Source: Rickettsia typhi (GTDB lineage: Bacteria > Pseudomonadota > Alphaproteobacteria > Rickettsiales > UBA1997). Taken from it: a DNA stretch of 64,000 bases. The notes beneath the pieces were generated by a model. It saw only the letters and a list, made by a program, of their open reading frames with translations. It did no database searches and was not told the DNA's origin. Of the stretch, positions 1 to 9,804 are shown one piece after another (positions within the stretch are counted from its first letter, which is position 1; each line of letters starts with the position of its first letter). Both the position numbers and the translations under genes were made by a program. The stretch spans positions 32,175-96,174 of the forward strand of contig CAMAYG010000002.1 of assembly GCA_945862535.1 (NCBI GenBank), given 5' to 3'.

Positions 1-229
1 ATTCTGTAGCCCCAGAGGTAAAAAATATTTCTTTTGGATCGGCATTAATAAGCTCTGCCACTTGCCTGCGAGCATTTTCAACCAATTCTTCGGCTTTCCA
101 GCCAAAAGAATGAGTGCGAGAATGTGGATTGCCATAGTCTTCTTTCATGGTTTTAAACATTAGATCTAGCACTTGCGGATCTGTTGGGGTGGTAGATTGA
201 TAATCAAGATAGATTGGTTTTTTAATCAT
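1..229 (-). CDS. iscS: cysteine desulfurase IscS, N-terminal 76 codons (gene runs off the left edge)
   Basis: Own reverse-strand translation from the ATG at 229-227 gives [76 protein letters not shown]. It is collinear with the IscS N-terminus (PIYLDY, GNP.SR.H.FGW, FTSGATE). It is absent from the ORF track because it is truncated. Confidence 0.85.
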   Translation of the reverse strand, partial: MIKKPIYLDYQSTTPTDPQVLDLMFKTMKEDYGNPHSRTHSFGWKAEELVENARRQVAELINADPKEIFFTSGATE

Positions 230-1418
230 TTCGCAGAAGTTTTGATTGATAAGATTTACGGTTGATAATAGTTGCTAACTCTTTTAGAAGTGCTTGCAGG
301 TCTTCTTTTGTATTTTGATAGCTAAGACTAATTCTGATTGCCGAATTGATAAATTTATCGGTAACTTTCATTGCCTTTAAAATGCGAGAATTAGCAACAC
401 TCCCCGAAGAACATGCCGCCCCAGAACTTATCGCGATATTGACTAGATCGCAAGCAATAACAAGGTTTTGACTGTTAAAATTGGCAATTGCCAAATAGCT
501 CGTGTTATTAACTCTTGCAACATCTTGGCTAAAAATCTGCAGTTCGGAAGGGTGAATAATGTTCGCTAATTCTTGTTCGAAATAATTTCGTAAATTTAAG
601 ATTGACGGCATTTTGGCTAAAGAATCTTTGGCACAATCGACAGCGACACCAAAACCAATAATTGCAAGCTGATTTTGGGTACCCGGTCTTTTAAAATTTT
701 CTTGCCCACCGCCAAAAAATAATGGCTCGAAATCTAGGCCTTTGCGGCTAATAATTGCCCCAATTCCTTGTGGACCATAAAATTTATGAGCCGAGATACT
801 AGCAAAATCAACATTGAGCATTTCAAGATCGACCGGAATTTTACCAATTGCCTGAACGATGTCGGAGTGAATGATTCCGCCATATTGATGAGTTATTTTT
901 GCAATTTCTTTAATTGGCTGAATTGCCCCAGTTTCGTTATTTACTAGCATTGCTAGCACTAGGAAACTAGGCTTTTTATTGCCAATAGCGGTTTCGCTTT
1001 CGACAAAAGATTCTATTTGATTAATAAGATAATTGGTGTCGATAATACCGTTGCTGTCGACAATTATATCTTCAACGGCAACTGGCTCTTTGCCATTATT
1101 TGTAATATTGTGGGCGGTTTTATAAACTGCATCGTGCTCTATAGTTGCACAAAAAATTTTTTTAATATTGAAAGCTTTAACAACACCGCTAATGATGATG
1201 TTATTTGCCTCGGTTGCTCCAGAAGTAAAGATAATTTGGTATTGTGAGGCATTAAGCAAGTTACCAATTGCTAGCTTGCTTTTATGGCTTTGCATCTGGG
1301 CTTTCTGCCCGTATTTATGAATGACGGCAGAGTTAAGAGGCAAATTAGCAAATTCTTGCATTGCCAAATTAACTTCTACCGCCATTACTGTAGTTGCATT
1401 GTTGTCGAGATAGATCAT
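222..1418 (-). CDS. NifS-like class V aminotransferase / second cysteine desulfurase
   Basis: 398 aa. Contains a PLP-lysine context ([15 protein letters not shown]), an active-site Cys loop ([10 protein letters not shown]) and [10 protein letters not shown]. Its stop overlaps the iscS start by 8 nt. Confidence 0.85.
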   Translation of the reverse strand: MIYLDNNATTVMAVEVNLAMQEFANLPLNSAVIHKYGQKAQMQSHKSKLAIGNLLNASQYQIIFTSGATEANNIIISGVVKAFNIKKIFCATIEHDAVYKTAHNITNNGKEPVAVEDIIVDSNGIIDTNYLINQIESFVESETAIGNKKPSFLVLAMLVNNETGAIQPIKEIAKITHQYGGIIHSDIVQAIGKIPVDLEMLNVDFASISAHKFYGPQGIGAIISRKGLDFEPLFFGGGQENFKRPGTQNQLAIIGFGVAVDCAKDSLAKMPSILNLRNYFEQELANIIHPSELQIFSQDVARVNNTSYLAIANFNSQNLVIACDLVNIAISSGAACSSGSVANSRILKAMKVTDKFINSAIRISLSYQNTKEDLQALLKELATIINRKSYQSKLLRND

Positions 1419-1535
1419 CTGTTAAAGTTATTTGATAACTGTGAAAGAGTTATTGATAACCTTAATCTAAATAGTTTAGTAAAATAGTCAAGTATTTACT
1501 TAGTTATTTTAATGATAATTTATTGCGATATAGAA

Positions 1536-1958
1536 TTATTTTCTGTTTTGTTTTTTTGGTGACATAAAACCAATTGAAGGATGCCCGGCTTGATTAGTTG
1601 GTGCATTGTTTTTCTTTAAAAGATCTGATATCGTTGTATTCATTTCTTTTACTGCATTAAAAAAATTAGCTTCATCTTCTCCATTATTTTTATTTTGATA
1701 AAATTCTTTGATTATTTGGTCATTAGCAGATTTAAATTTTTTTAAATAGTCGCCGTAGTTCTCTTTGCTAGAAAATTCGCTTTTGTCTAAAAAAGAGATA
1801 ACAGACTCAGAATTAAAAAAATCCATAATGTTATGCTTAGAATTATATACAGCATTTATAGCTTCTCTTTGGTTTTGAAATTTTTCAAAACTTTGAGTAT
1901 TTGAAAAATTATCTTCAGCGATATTTGCTAAATATTCTTTTTTATTTCTTGCTTCCAT
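1536..1958 (-). CDS. hypothetical small hydrophilic protein (140 aa)
   Basis: Clean ORF with an ATG start. Lys/Asn-rich, no signal peptide, no recognisable motif. Confidence 0.5.
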   Translation of the reverse strand: MEARNKKEYLANIAEDNFSNTQSFEKFQNQREAINAVYNSKHNIMDFFNSESVISFLDKSEFSSKENYGDYLKKFKSANDQIIKEFYQNKNNGEDEANFFNAVKEMNTTISDLLKKNNAPTNQAGHPSIGFMSPKKQNRK

Positions 1959-2258
1959 GTTGATTTAATGTTTTTATTGCTATGTTGTTAATTTAATTTG
2001 TTTATTGAGTTGATAAAAAGTTATTAGTCCTAATATAGTAAAATCTAGACACAATAACCCTCTAAACCCATAAAACACCTAAACAACTATCATTTAACTT
2101 TTTATAATGCAATTACTTAATTAAAAAATTACTTGAAAAAATTACTTGCCAAATCATTTTCTATCGTAAAAATTGCAAATAATTTGTTAAAAAACTGTTG
2201 CAACCTTTAAAGGGTTAAAGGCTAAAATCAAAAACATTACGACTAATTAAAAACTAAC

Positions 2259-3881
2259 ATGAACTCCCACTATCAGCAATATCAGGTTAAAGATTCTTGC
2301 GAAGCTATACCAAGTAATAAAAATAAGGTTATTATTTTAGGAAGCGGTCCTAACCGCATAGGACAAGGTATAGAATTTGACTACAGCTGTGTTCATTGTG
2401 CAATCGCCCTTAGGGAAGAAGGAATTGAAACAATTATGGTAAATTGCAATCCCGAGACAGTGTCAACAGATTACGACACTTCCGATAGGCTTTATTTCGA
2501 GCCACTTACCGCCGAAGATGTAATTGCTTTAGTCCGCAAAGAAATGCAAAACGGCAATTTACTTGGGGTAAATGTGCAATTTGGCGGTCAAACTCCGCTA
2601 AGCTTAGCTAATTTCTTGCAACAAGAAAATGTTCCAATTATTGGCACCTCGCCAGCAATGATCGATCTTGCTGAAGATCGCAACTCTTTCAAAGAACTAT
2701 TGCAAAAGCTTAATCTTAAGCAACCGCAAAACAACATTGCTTATTCTGCAAGTCAGGCAATTGCATATATTGAAAACATTGGCTTTCCTATTGTTGCTCG
2801 CCCCTCTTATGTGTTGGGCGGTAAAGGAATGGCAATAATCTACGACGGCAACTACCTTAACAAATATCTTGTTGATTATGCCGATGTTTTTGAAACTGGC
2901 CCCCTGCTTCTTGATCAATTTTTAACCGATGCAATCGAGGTCGATGTCGATGTATTGGCCGATGGCAACACCGCTTTTGTTGCTGGTGTTATGCAACATA
3001 TCGAAGAAGCTGGGATTCACTCTGGCGATTCTGCTTGTTCTATCCCGCCTTTTAGCTTAAGCGAAGCAATTATAACAGAAATCGAAGAGGCTTCAAAGAA
3101 ACTGGCAATTGCTTTACAGGTCAAGGGTCTGATGAATATTCAATTTGCCATCAAAGATAACGAACTCTTTGTTTTAGAGGTTAACCCAAGAGCATCTCGC
3201 ACCGTCCCTTTTGTTGCTAAGGCCACAGCTTTGCCAATTGCCAAAATTGCCTCTCTGCTTATGATAGGCAGATCGCTTTCAAGCTTTAATCTAAAAAAAC
3301 CGCAACTCAACTATTTTGCAGTAAAAGAAGTGGTCTTTCCTTTTGCCCGCTTTAATGATGTCGATATTATTCTCGGCCCAGAAATGAAATCTACTGGCGA
3401 AGTTATGGGAATAGATATTACTTTTCCTTTGGCTTTTGCCAAGGCACAACTTGCTGCTGGAGTTAAGCTCCCAAAAGACGGCACGGCTTTTATTTCCGTT
3501 AAAGATAGCGATAAAGTTAAAATATTACCAATTGCCAAGATGCTAATAAAAATCGGTTTCCGTTTAGTTGCCACTAAAGGAACAGCCAAATTTCTTGCTG
3601 AAAATGGTGTCATAGTTACGATTGTCAACAAAATTACCGAGGAAAAACCTCATGTTGTCGATATGATAGCTAGCCAAGAAATTAGCCTTATTATCAATAC
3701 TACAGCAGGAGCCCAATCAACGAAGGATAGTTTTTCAATTCGTCGAACCGCTCTTATGAAAGGAGTGACTTATGCCACAACAATCTCTGGTGCCGATGCA
3801 ATGGTCCAAGCAATTGCCGCCTGTAAAGAAATTGACAATAATTTTACAGTAAGAGCGATTCAAGATTTGGCAAATATCTAG
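2259..3881 (+). CDS. carB: carbamoyl-phosphate synthase large subunit, C-terminal half only (second ATP-grasp plus MGS-like allosteric domain)
   Basis: 540 aa, collinear with E. coli CarB residues ~550-1073. Shared blocks: ILGSGPNRIGQGIEFDY, MVNCNPETVSTDYDTSDRLYFEP, RPSYVLGG, HSGDSACS.PP, EVNPRASRTVPFV.KAT, GPEMKSTGEVMG. No N-terminal half or carA lies adjacent. Confidence 0.85.
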   Translation: MNSHYQQYQVKDSCEAIPSNKNKVIILGSGPNRIGQGIEFDYSCVHCAIALREEGIETIMVNCNPETVSTDYDTSDRLYFEPLTAEDVIALVRKEMQNGNLLGVNVQFGGQTPLSLANFLQQENVPIIGTSPAMIDLAEDRNSFKELLQKLNLKQPQNNIAYSASQAIAYIENIGFPIVARPSYVLGGKGMAIIYDGNYLNKYLVDYADVFETGPLLLDQFLTDAIEVDVDVLADGNTAFVAGVMQHIEEAGIHSGDSACSIPPFSLSEAIITEIEEASKKLAIALQVKGLMNIQFAIKDNELFVLEVNPRASRTVPFVAKATALPIAKIASLLMIGRSLSSFNLKKPQLNYFAVKEVVFPFARFNDVDIILGPEMKSTGEVMGIDITFPLAFAKAQLAAGVKLPKDGTAFISVKDSDKVKILPIAKMLIKIGFRLVATKGTAKFLAENGVIVTIVNKITEEKPHVVDMIASQEISLIINTTAGAQSTKDSFSIRRTALMKGVTYATTISGADAMVQAIAACKEIDNNFTVRAIQDLANI

Positions 3882-3923
3882 CTATTTCTAATATTTATTT
3901 CTATTAACTTTACTATTTAACTC

Positions 3924-5213
3924 ATGAAAAAAAGAATTGCGGTAATAACTGGTTTTCGTTCTCATATGGGAAAGGCTGGCGGTCTTATGAAAGATGTCAG
4001 AGCCCAACAACTTGGGGCGGCCATTGCCAAAGAAACTATAATTCGCAGTAAGCTTTGCCCTTCTTTATTGGACGAAGTTATAATTGGCAATGTTGCCCAA
4101 CCTTCCGATGCCGCCAATATCGCTAGAGTTATTGCCGTTAATGCTGGAGTGCCTTATAATGTTCCTGCTTTTACCGTTCACAGAAATTGTGCCTCGGGAA
4201 TGGAGAGTTTTGCTTTATCTTCGTTAAAAATCTTACAGGGGCAGGCAAAAATTATTCTTTGTGGCGGAGTTGAGTCGATGTCGAATATTCCGCTATTATT
4301 TAGCAAAGATCTTACCGCAACCTTTGCCAATCTTGCCAAGGCAAGAACTCCACTTGAGAAAATCAAAACTATTCTTGCAATCAAATTAAAATCATTAAAG
4401 CCAAGAATTGGTTTATTAGAAGGTTTAACCGACCCTATATCTGGGCTTATAATGGGGCTTACCGCAGAAAATCTGGCAACAGATTTTTCGATTAGTCGCG
4501 ATGCTCAAGATAATTTTGCTCTTCGTAGCCACAAATTGGCAACTCAGGCAATTGTTGCAAAAAAGTTCGAAGAAGAAATTGTTTCGGTATTTAATTACAA
4601 CGATGAAGACCCGCAAATTACCACATTCGACGAAGGAGTTAGGCAAAATCAAAGCATCGAAGATCTTGCAAAATTAAAGCCCTATTTTAACAAAAATTCT
4701 GGCACGGTTACTGTAGGAAATTCTTCGCAAATAACCGATGGGGCAGCAATGGCAATTCTAATGAGCGAGGAACAAGCTCGAGATCTAAAAATTACCCCTC
4801 TTGGCTTTATTAGCGATTTTGCTTTTGCAGGCTTAGACCCTAGCAGAATGGGGCTTGGCCCGGTATTTGCTACCCATAAATTATTGCAACAAAACAAAAT
4901 GACCCTTAAAGATTTCGATCTATTTGAAATTAACGAGGCCTTTGCATCGCAGGTTTTAGCTTGTGTTAAGGCCTTCGCAAGTAACGAATTTTGCCAAAAA
5001 CATTTCGAAGAAAATGCCATGGGCGAAATCGATATCGATAAACTTAATATCAATGGCGGAGCAATTGCCTTGGGGCATCCTGTGGGCATGAGTGGCTCAA
5101 GAATTATCTTACATTCTTTGTATCAATTGCGGGCAAAACAAAAATATCGTGCACTTGCTAGTTTATGTATTGGTGGCGGTCAGGGTGGAGCAATGATACT
5201 CGAAGCATATTAA
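3924..5213 (+). CDS. acetyl-CoA C-acyl/acetyltransferase (thiolase)
   Basis: 429 aa. Nucleophile Cys in VHRNCASGMES, NINGGAIALGHPVGMSGSR, and C-terminal CIGGGQGGAMILE. Confidence 0.85.
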   Translation: MKKRIAVITGFRSHMGKAGGLMKDVRAQQLGAAIAKETIIRSKLCPSLLDEVIIGNVAQPSDAANIARVIAVNAGVPYNVPAFTVHRNCASGMESFALSSLKILQGQAKIILCGGVESMSNIPLLFSKDLTATFANLAKARTPLEKIKTILAIKLKSLKPRIGLLEGLTDPISGLIMGLTAENLATDFSISRDAQDNFALRSHKLATQAIVAKKFEEEIVSVFNYNDEDPQITTFDEGVRQNQSIEDLAKLKPYFNKNSGTVTVGNSSQITDGAAMAILMSEEQARDLKITPLGFISDFAFAGLDPSRMGLGPVFATHKLLQQNKMTLKDFDLFEINEAFASQVLACVKAFASNEFCQKHFEENAMGEIDIDKLNINGGAIALGHPVGMSGSRIILHSLYQLRAKQKYRALASLCIGGGQGGAMILEAY

Positions 5214-5240
5214 TGGCAATGTTAAATATCGTTTAATATA

Positions 5241-6371
5241 ATGAAAATATTATTCCCAAAAGAAAACCAAGATCTTGAAAATCGTTTATCTCTTAGCTTA
5301 GAAACCCTAAAAAAATATCAAAAACTTGGTTTCGAGGTAATAATAGAGGCAGATGCAGGCAAAAAAATTAATATTAGCGATAACGATTTTATTGCAAATG
5401 GTGCAAAAATAACTAACGATCTTAATAGATCACTTGCCGAAGCCGATATTATCGTCTCAATTAGTCGCTACGATTTTAATGTCGATTTGGTTAAAAATTC
5501 GACTATATTGATTACTAGCCTTGCTAATGCTAGCCCCGAAGATCTTTCAAAGCTAAAAAATAGTTCGTTGCAGGTTTTTGCCCTAGAAAAAACCCCCAGA
5601 ATTAGCAGGGCTCAAAATATCGACATTCTCTCTTCTCAGAGCAATTTAGCAGGTTATATTGCCGTGATTGAAGCGGCAAAAAACCTTGGGAAAGCCTTAC
5701 CGCTAATGATGACGGCGGCAGGAACAATTAGAGCAGCAAAATTTATGATTATCGGCGCAGGAGTTGCCGGATTACAAGCAATTGCAACAGCCAAAAGGCT
5801 TGGTGCATTAGTTTGTGCTTTTGATGTTCGCAAAGCAGCAAAAGAGCAGGTGCAAAGCCTTGGAGCTAAATTTATTGAAGTGGCAGAAGATCGGCTCAAT
5901 GATAGCGACAAAAATGCAAGCAATTCGCCATTTTATGCCAGTGAATTTTATGCCAGTGAAATGAGTGTGGAATATCAAAAAAAGCAACAAGAGCTATTGC
6001 TAGAAAAAATTGCCGAGCAAGATGTTGTAATTACCACAGCCCTAATTATGGGCAAAAAAGCCCCGATATTAATTACTAGCGAGATGGTTAGTAAAATGAA
6101 ATCTGGCTCAATCATTGTCGATGTAGCAACAAGTGGCGGTGGTAATTGCTATTTAACCGCAGAAAAATGCAACGAAGATAACCCAATATTTACAACCGAG
6201 AATCAGGTAAAAATTATTGGCTATAACAATTTTACTAATTTGGTGCCAATAGATGCTTCGCAGTTAATTGCCAAAAATTTCTATCATTTTGTTGAGTTAA
6301 TATTTACTAATCAGCAAATTAACATTAATTACGACGATGAAATTATTAAAGCCACATTATTGCAAGCTTAG
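5241..6371 (+). CDS. pntA: NAD(P) transhydrogenase subunit alpha part 1
   Basis: 376 aa. Alanine-dehydrogenase/PNT fold with the Rossmann motif IIGAGVAGLQAIATAKRLGA. No pntAB or pntB follows. Confidence 0.8.
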   Translation: MKILFPKENQDLENRLSLSLETLKKYQKLGFEVIIEADAGKKINISDNDFIANGAKITNDLNRSLAEADIIVSISRYDFNVDLVKNSTILITSLANASPEDLSKLKNSSLQVFALEKTPRISRAQNIDILSSQSNLAGYIAVIEAAKNLGKALPLMMTAAGTIRAAKFMIIGAGVAGLQAIATAKRLGALVCAFDVRKAAKEQVQSLGAKFIEVAEDRLNDSDKNASNSPFYASEFYASEMSVEYQKKQQELLLEKIAEQDVVITTALIMGKKAPILITSEMVSKMKSGSIIVDVATSGGGNCYLTAEKCNEDNPIFTTENQVKIIGYNNFTNLVPIDASQLIAKNFYHFVELIFTNQQININYDDEIIKATLLQA

Positions 6372-6813
6372 ATCGCTAAAAAATAATTCGGTTTTTAACA
6401 AGAAGCCCTATTTATTTAATTTTATTGCTGTTTTTATTGCCTTAATTATTGCTAATTATTGCTTTGCTAATTTGGCAATTGCCTTCGAGCCAGAAGACAA
6501 GCTTGCAAACCCCAAGCAAGAAGAAAGGGCTCAGCATATCTTCCGCCAAATACGGTGCCTTACTTGTAAAGGACAGGTTGTGGAAAGCTCTAGTAGCGAT
6601 TTTGCTTTTGATATCAGAAGTTTTGTTCGTAAAAAAATTGCCGATGGAGCAACGGATGCCGAAGTTTTTACTGTTTTGCAGGAAAATTTTGGCGAAGAAA
6701 TTCTACAAAACCGAAAAATTAATCGTTATAATGCCTTATTTTGGTTATCGATTTTTGCCTTCAGCGCCGTATCATTATGGCTTTTTGCCAGCTATTATCG
6801 TAAAGTCAATTAG
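6337..6813 (+). CDS. ccmH: cytochrome c-type biogenesis protein CcmH/CycL
   Basis: 158 aa. CXXC motif in IRCLTCKGQVVESSSSDFAFDIR, with an N-terminal signal-like helix and a C-terminal TM helix. The only in-frame start is the ATG at 6337, which overlaps pntA by 35 nt. Confidence 0.75.
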   Translation: MKLLKPHYCKLRSLKNNSVFNKKPYLFNFIAVFIALIIANYCFANLAIAFEPEDKLANPKQEERAQHIFRQIRCLTCKGQVVESSSSDFAFDIRSFVRKKIADGATDAEVFTVLQENFGEEILQNRKINRYNALFWLSIFAFSAVSLWLFASYYRKVN

Positions 6814-6820
6814 AATCAAG

Positions 6821-8668
6821 ATGTCGCTTAAAAACTATATTTGCAACAAAACACCTCGACAGCCTATAATTTTGCTATATTTTTTTTTCTTATTCTTAAT
6901 TATTTTTAACTTCAATAGTTTCGCCCAAAATTCACAAGGTAAATCATTGCCATTCCGCCATTATATTAGCTTCAACGGTAAAGCAAAATACTCGGCTAAT
7001 TTTCACCATTTCGATTATGTCGATTTATTAGCTAGAAAAGAAGGGACGATTCGCTTTGGTGTTGAAGGCGGTTTTAATAGTACAAATCCTTTTTTGCTTA
7101 AAGGTAAGCCTTCAGCAGGCCTAACTCACTATTTATTCGAAACTTTGACAGTGGCAAGCGATGACGAATTTGGGGTTCGCTACGGGCTTATTGCCGAAGG
7201 CATTGCTTTTGACTACAGCCATAATTTCATTGAATTTAAAATTAATCGCCAAGCAAAATTTCACAATCAGCAACCTATTACCGCCGATGATGTTATTTTT
7301 AGCTACGAACAATTAATAGCAAATGGGCATCCGCTTTATAAAATGAGCTTCCAAAGGGTAAAAAATGTTGTTAAAATTAATCAATATCAAGTTAAATTCT
7401 ATTTTTATGATGATTACGACAAAGATTTACCAATGCAAATTGCATCATTGCCCGTTTTCTCTAAGGAATTTTACACCAAAAACGACTTTACCCTTGCCAA
7501 TATTGGCAACATTATGCCTCTTGGCTCAGGACCTTATAAAATCGCCAATATCGATGCTAATAAATCTATTACCTATAAAAAATTCGATAATTATTGGGGC
7601 AAGGATTTAGCAGTTAATCGCGGGTTGTATAATTTTGAAAAAATCATATTTGACTACTATCGCGATAACACTAGTTTAATCGAGGCTTTTAAGGCAAAAA
7701 AATACGATCTACGAGAAGAAAATATTGCCCGTAATTGGCATAATTCCTATAATATCAAAGCAATAGCAAATCAGGAAATTATTAAAAAAGAATTTAGCAA
7801 CGAAACTCCGCCAGCAATTCAGGCAATGGTTTTCAATTTAAGAAAAACAAAATTTCAAGACCTGGCTTTGCGAAAAGCCATTAGCCTTGCTTTTAATTTT
7901 TCGTGGTTAAATCAAAACATTTTCTATAATTCCTATCATCGCACCACGAGTTACTTTGAAAATTCGCCATTTAGTAATAATTGGCAAGAAGATACTAGTA
8001 AAAGATTAGCAGTAGAAGAAAAGGATCGTCTTAATAACTTCTTTGACCATCAAGAGCAAAGAAAAAACTTACTTCAAGCTCAAAAAATTTTACTCGATGC
8101 TGGTTATAAAATAATCGATGGCAAGCTTTATCAGCCTCAAAAATTATTATCGGGCGAGGTTTCTCCTTCTTATGTGCCAGTCGAGATAGAGTTTTTGGTA
8201 GATAATAATTCTTTCGCTATTGTTTTAAGCAGTTTTATTGCGAATTTAAAGAAAATTGGCATCTTAGCCAAGACCAAATTAGTTGAAGATAATCAGTATT
8301 ATCAATATTTACAGAATTATAATTTTGATATGGTGGTAACTGTAATGGCTCCGGCAATTTTACCCGGTAAAGAGCTATTTTCTTACTGGCATTCTTCCCA
8401 AGCAGGAATCAAAGGAGGCAATAATCTTAGTGGTTTAAAAGATAATTTGGTCGACGAATTAGTTATGCAAATCGCTCGCGAAAAATCTTCGGCAAAATTA
8501 ATAAAACTTACGAAAAAGCTCGACAATTACTTGCTAGAAAATCATTTAACAATCCTGCAATGGCACAATCGTAAGCAACGAGTTTTGTATCGTAATATTT
8601 TTTTACAACCCAAAATTAGCCCAAAATTTGGCATTAATATCGATTCTTGGTCGATAAAACAAAAATAA
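6821..8668 (+). CDS. ABC transporter periplasmic substrate-binding protein, family 5 (peptide/YejA-like)
   Basis: The ORF-track entry 6449..8668 is trimmed to the ATG at 6821 (MSLKNYICNK...). That start is followed by a hydrophobic signal sequence and lies just after the ccmH stop. Size and composition fit SBP family 5. Confidence 0.7.
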   Translation: MSLKNYICNKTPRQPIILLYFFFLFLIIFNFNSFAQNSQGKSLPFRHYISFNGKAKYSANFHHFDYVDLLARKEGTIRFGVEGGFNSTNPFLLKGKPSAGLTHYLFETLTVASDDEFGVRYGLIAEGIAFDYSHNFIEFKINRQAKFHNQQPITADDVIFSYEQLIANGHPLYKMSFQRVKNVVKINQYQVKFYFYDDYDKDLPMQIASLPVFSKEFYTKNDFTLANIGNIMPLGSGPYKIANIDANKSITYKKFDNYWGKDLAVNRGLYNFEKIIFDYYRDNTSLIEAFKAKKYDLREENIARNWHNSYNIKAIANQEIIKKEFSNETPPAIQAMVFNLRKTKFQDLALRKAISLAFNFSWLNQNIFYNSYHRTTSYFENSPFSNNWQEDTSKRLAVEEKDRLNNFFDHQEQRKNLLQAQKILLDAGYKIIDGKLYQPQKLLSGEVSPSYVPVEIEFLVDNNSFAIVLSSFIANLKKIGILAKTKLVEDNQYYQYLQNYNFDMVVTVMAPAILPGKELFSYWHSSQAGIKGGNNLSGLKDNLVDELVMQIAREKSSAKLIKLTKKLDNYLLENHLTILQWHNRKQRVLYRNIFLQPKISPKFGINIDSWSIKQK

Positions 8669-8682
8669 ACCAATAATAAATA

Positions 8683-9351
8683 ATGAATATTGAAAATGTA
8701 ATCTGGAATGAAGATTGTCTTGTCTCAGCACAAAAAATACCAAATAATTCTATTGATTTGCTAATTGCCGACCCTCCCTACTGTCTTGGTAAAGATTATG
8801 GTAATAATAGCGATAAACTTAGCCCAAAGGAATATTTAGAGTGGAGTTATAGATGGATAGATGCATTCGTTCCAAAAATAAAAGATACTGGCTCTCTTTA
8901 CATCTTTCTTTCTTGGCAATTTTCTCCAGAGATCTTTTGTTATTTAAAGAGAAAAATGACAATGATAAATGAAATAATTTGGGACAGAAGAGTGCCAAGC
9001 ATGGGTGGCTCAACAAGAAAATTTTCATCAGTTCACGATAATATTGGGTTTTTTGTTAGATCGCAGAAAGATTACTATTTCGATCTAGATCCTATAAGAA
9101 TTCCTTACGACGAAAAAACAAAGAAGGCAAGAACAAGATCTATATTTCTTGGCAAGAAGTGGCTTGAAATTGGCTGCAATCCTAAAGATATCTGGAGCTT
9201 TGCAAGAATACATGCTCAAGACCCTGAAAGAGAAAATCATCCAACTCAAAAGCCTCTAGAATTGATAAATAGAATGATTCTTGCAAGCAGTCCAAAAGAA
9301 GGAATTATTTGTGATCCTTATGCAAAATCTTTTATTCACTTATTAATTTAA
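8683..9351 (+). pseudogene. beta-class N6-adenine/N4-cytosine DNA methyltransferase, truncated before the AdoMet-binding motif I
   Basis: Catalytic motif IV is present (LLIADPPYCLG), as is HPTQKPLELINRMI. The ORF stops at ...ICDPYAKSFIHLLI*, where family members continue DPF.GSGTT. Confidence 0.55.
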
Positions 9352-9373
9352 AAGTTTTAATTAATAACAACTT

Positions 9374-9796
9374 ATGATTCAAGAAGAAATAGAGCTAATC
9401 AACGAAGAGATTAGGTTCGTAAAAAATATTTTTATAAATCTTGTAAATATTTTACCAAGCTTTGATATTTTAAACAAGAGAATATTGCCCTACGGATTAA
9501 AGCCACACACTAGATCAATAGCTTGGATTGTTGAACAAGTTATAGTTCAGCAAATGAAATATAACTCCGCAATCTTATGTTTAATTTATGGATGTTTTGG
9601 TGTGCATTTTAAAAATATCAACATTTCATTTGATAAAAATCAAATACACTGTTTTAGCCCGCAATTTCTGCCAATTTACATCAATCCAAGAAATGACAAA
9701 ATACAAGCAACATATCGTCACAAAACAATGGATCGCACTAGAACAGAATTTTTGACCGAATTAAAAAATAATTCAAAATCTATTATCCTAGACTAA
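9374..9796 (+). CDS. hypothetical protein (140 aa); possibly a remnant of the methyltransferase tail and/or a cognate restriction enzyme
   Basis: ORF lies 22 nt downstream of the truncated methyltransferase in another frame. Its N-terminal IELINEEIRFVKN vaguely resembles the IGIE..EY tail of beta-class methyltransferases. No nuclease motif recognised. Confidence 0.35.
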   Translation: MIQEEIELINEEIRFVKNIFINLVNILPSFDILNKRILPYGLKPHTRSIAWIVEQVIVQQMKYNSAILCLIYGCFGVHFKNINISFDKNQIHCFSPQFLPIYINPRNDKIQATYRHKTMDRTRTEFLTELKNNSKSIILD

Positions 9797-9804
9797 TTTA
9801 TTAT

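Noticed and set aside
2121-2140. 19 of 20 identical A-rich motif TTAAAAAA[T/A]TACTTGAAAAA upstream of both the carB fragment (2121-2140) and the OMP gene (12820-12839), as a possible shared regulatory site
   Set aside because: My rough estimate is that one or more such matches are expected by chance in 64 kb of AT-rich DNA. It is most simply an A-tract plus a TTGAAA -35-like element. Only the OMP copy has a usable -10.
6449-6820. N-terminal 124 codons of the 739-aa ORF-track entry for the substrate-binding protein
   Set aside because: This stretch overlaps ccmH, which has a convincing CXXC motif, in another frame. The ATG at 6821 is followed by a proper signal sequence, so the gene is trimmed to 6821..8668.
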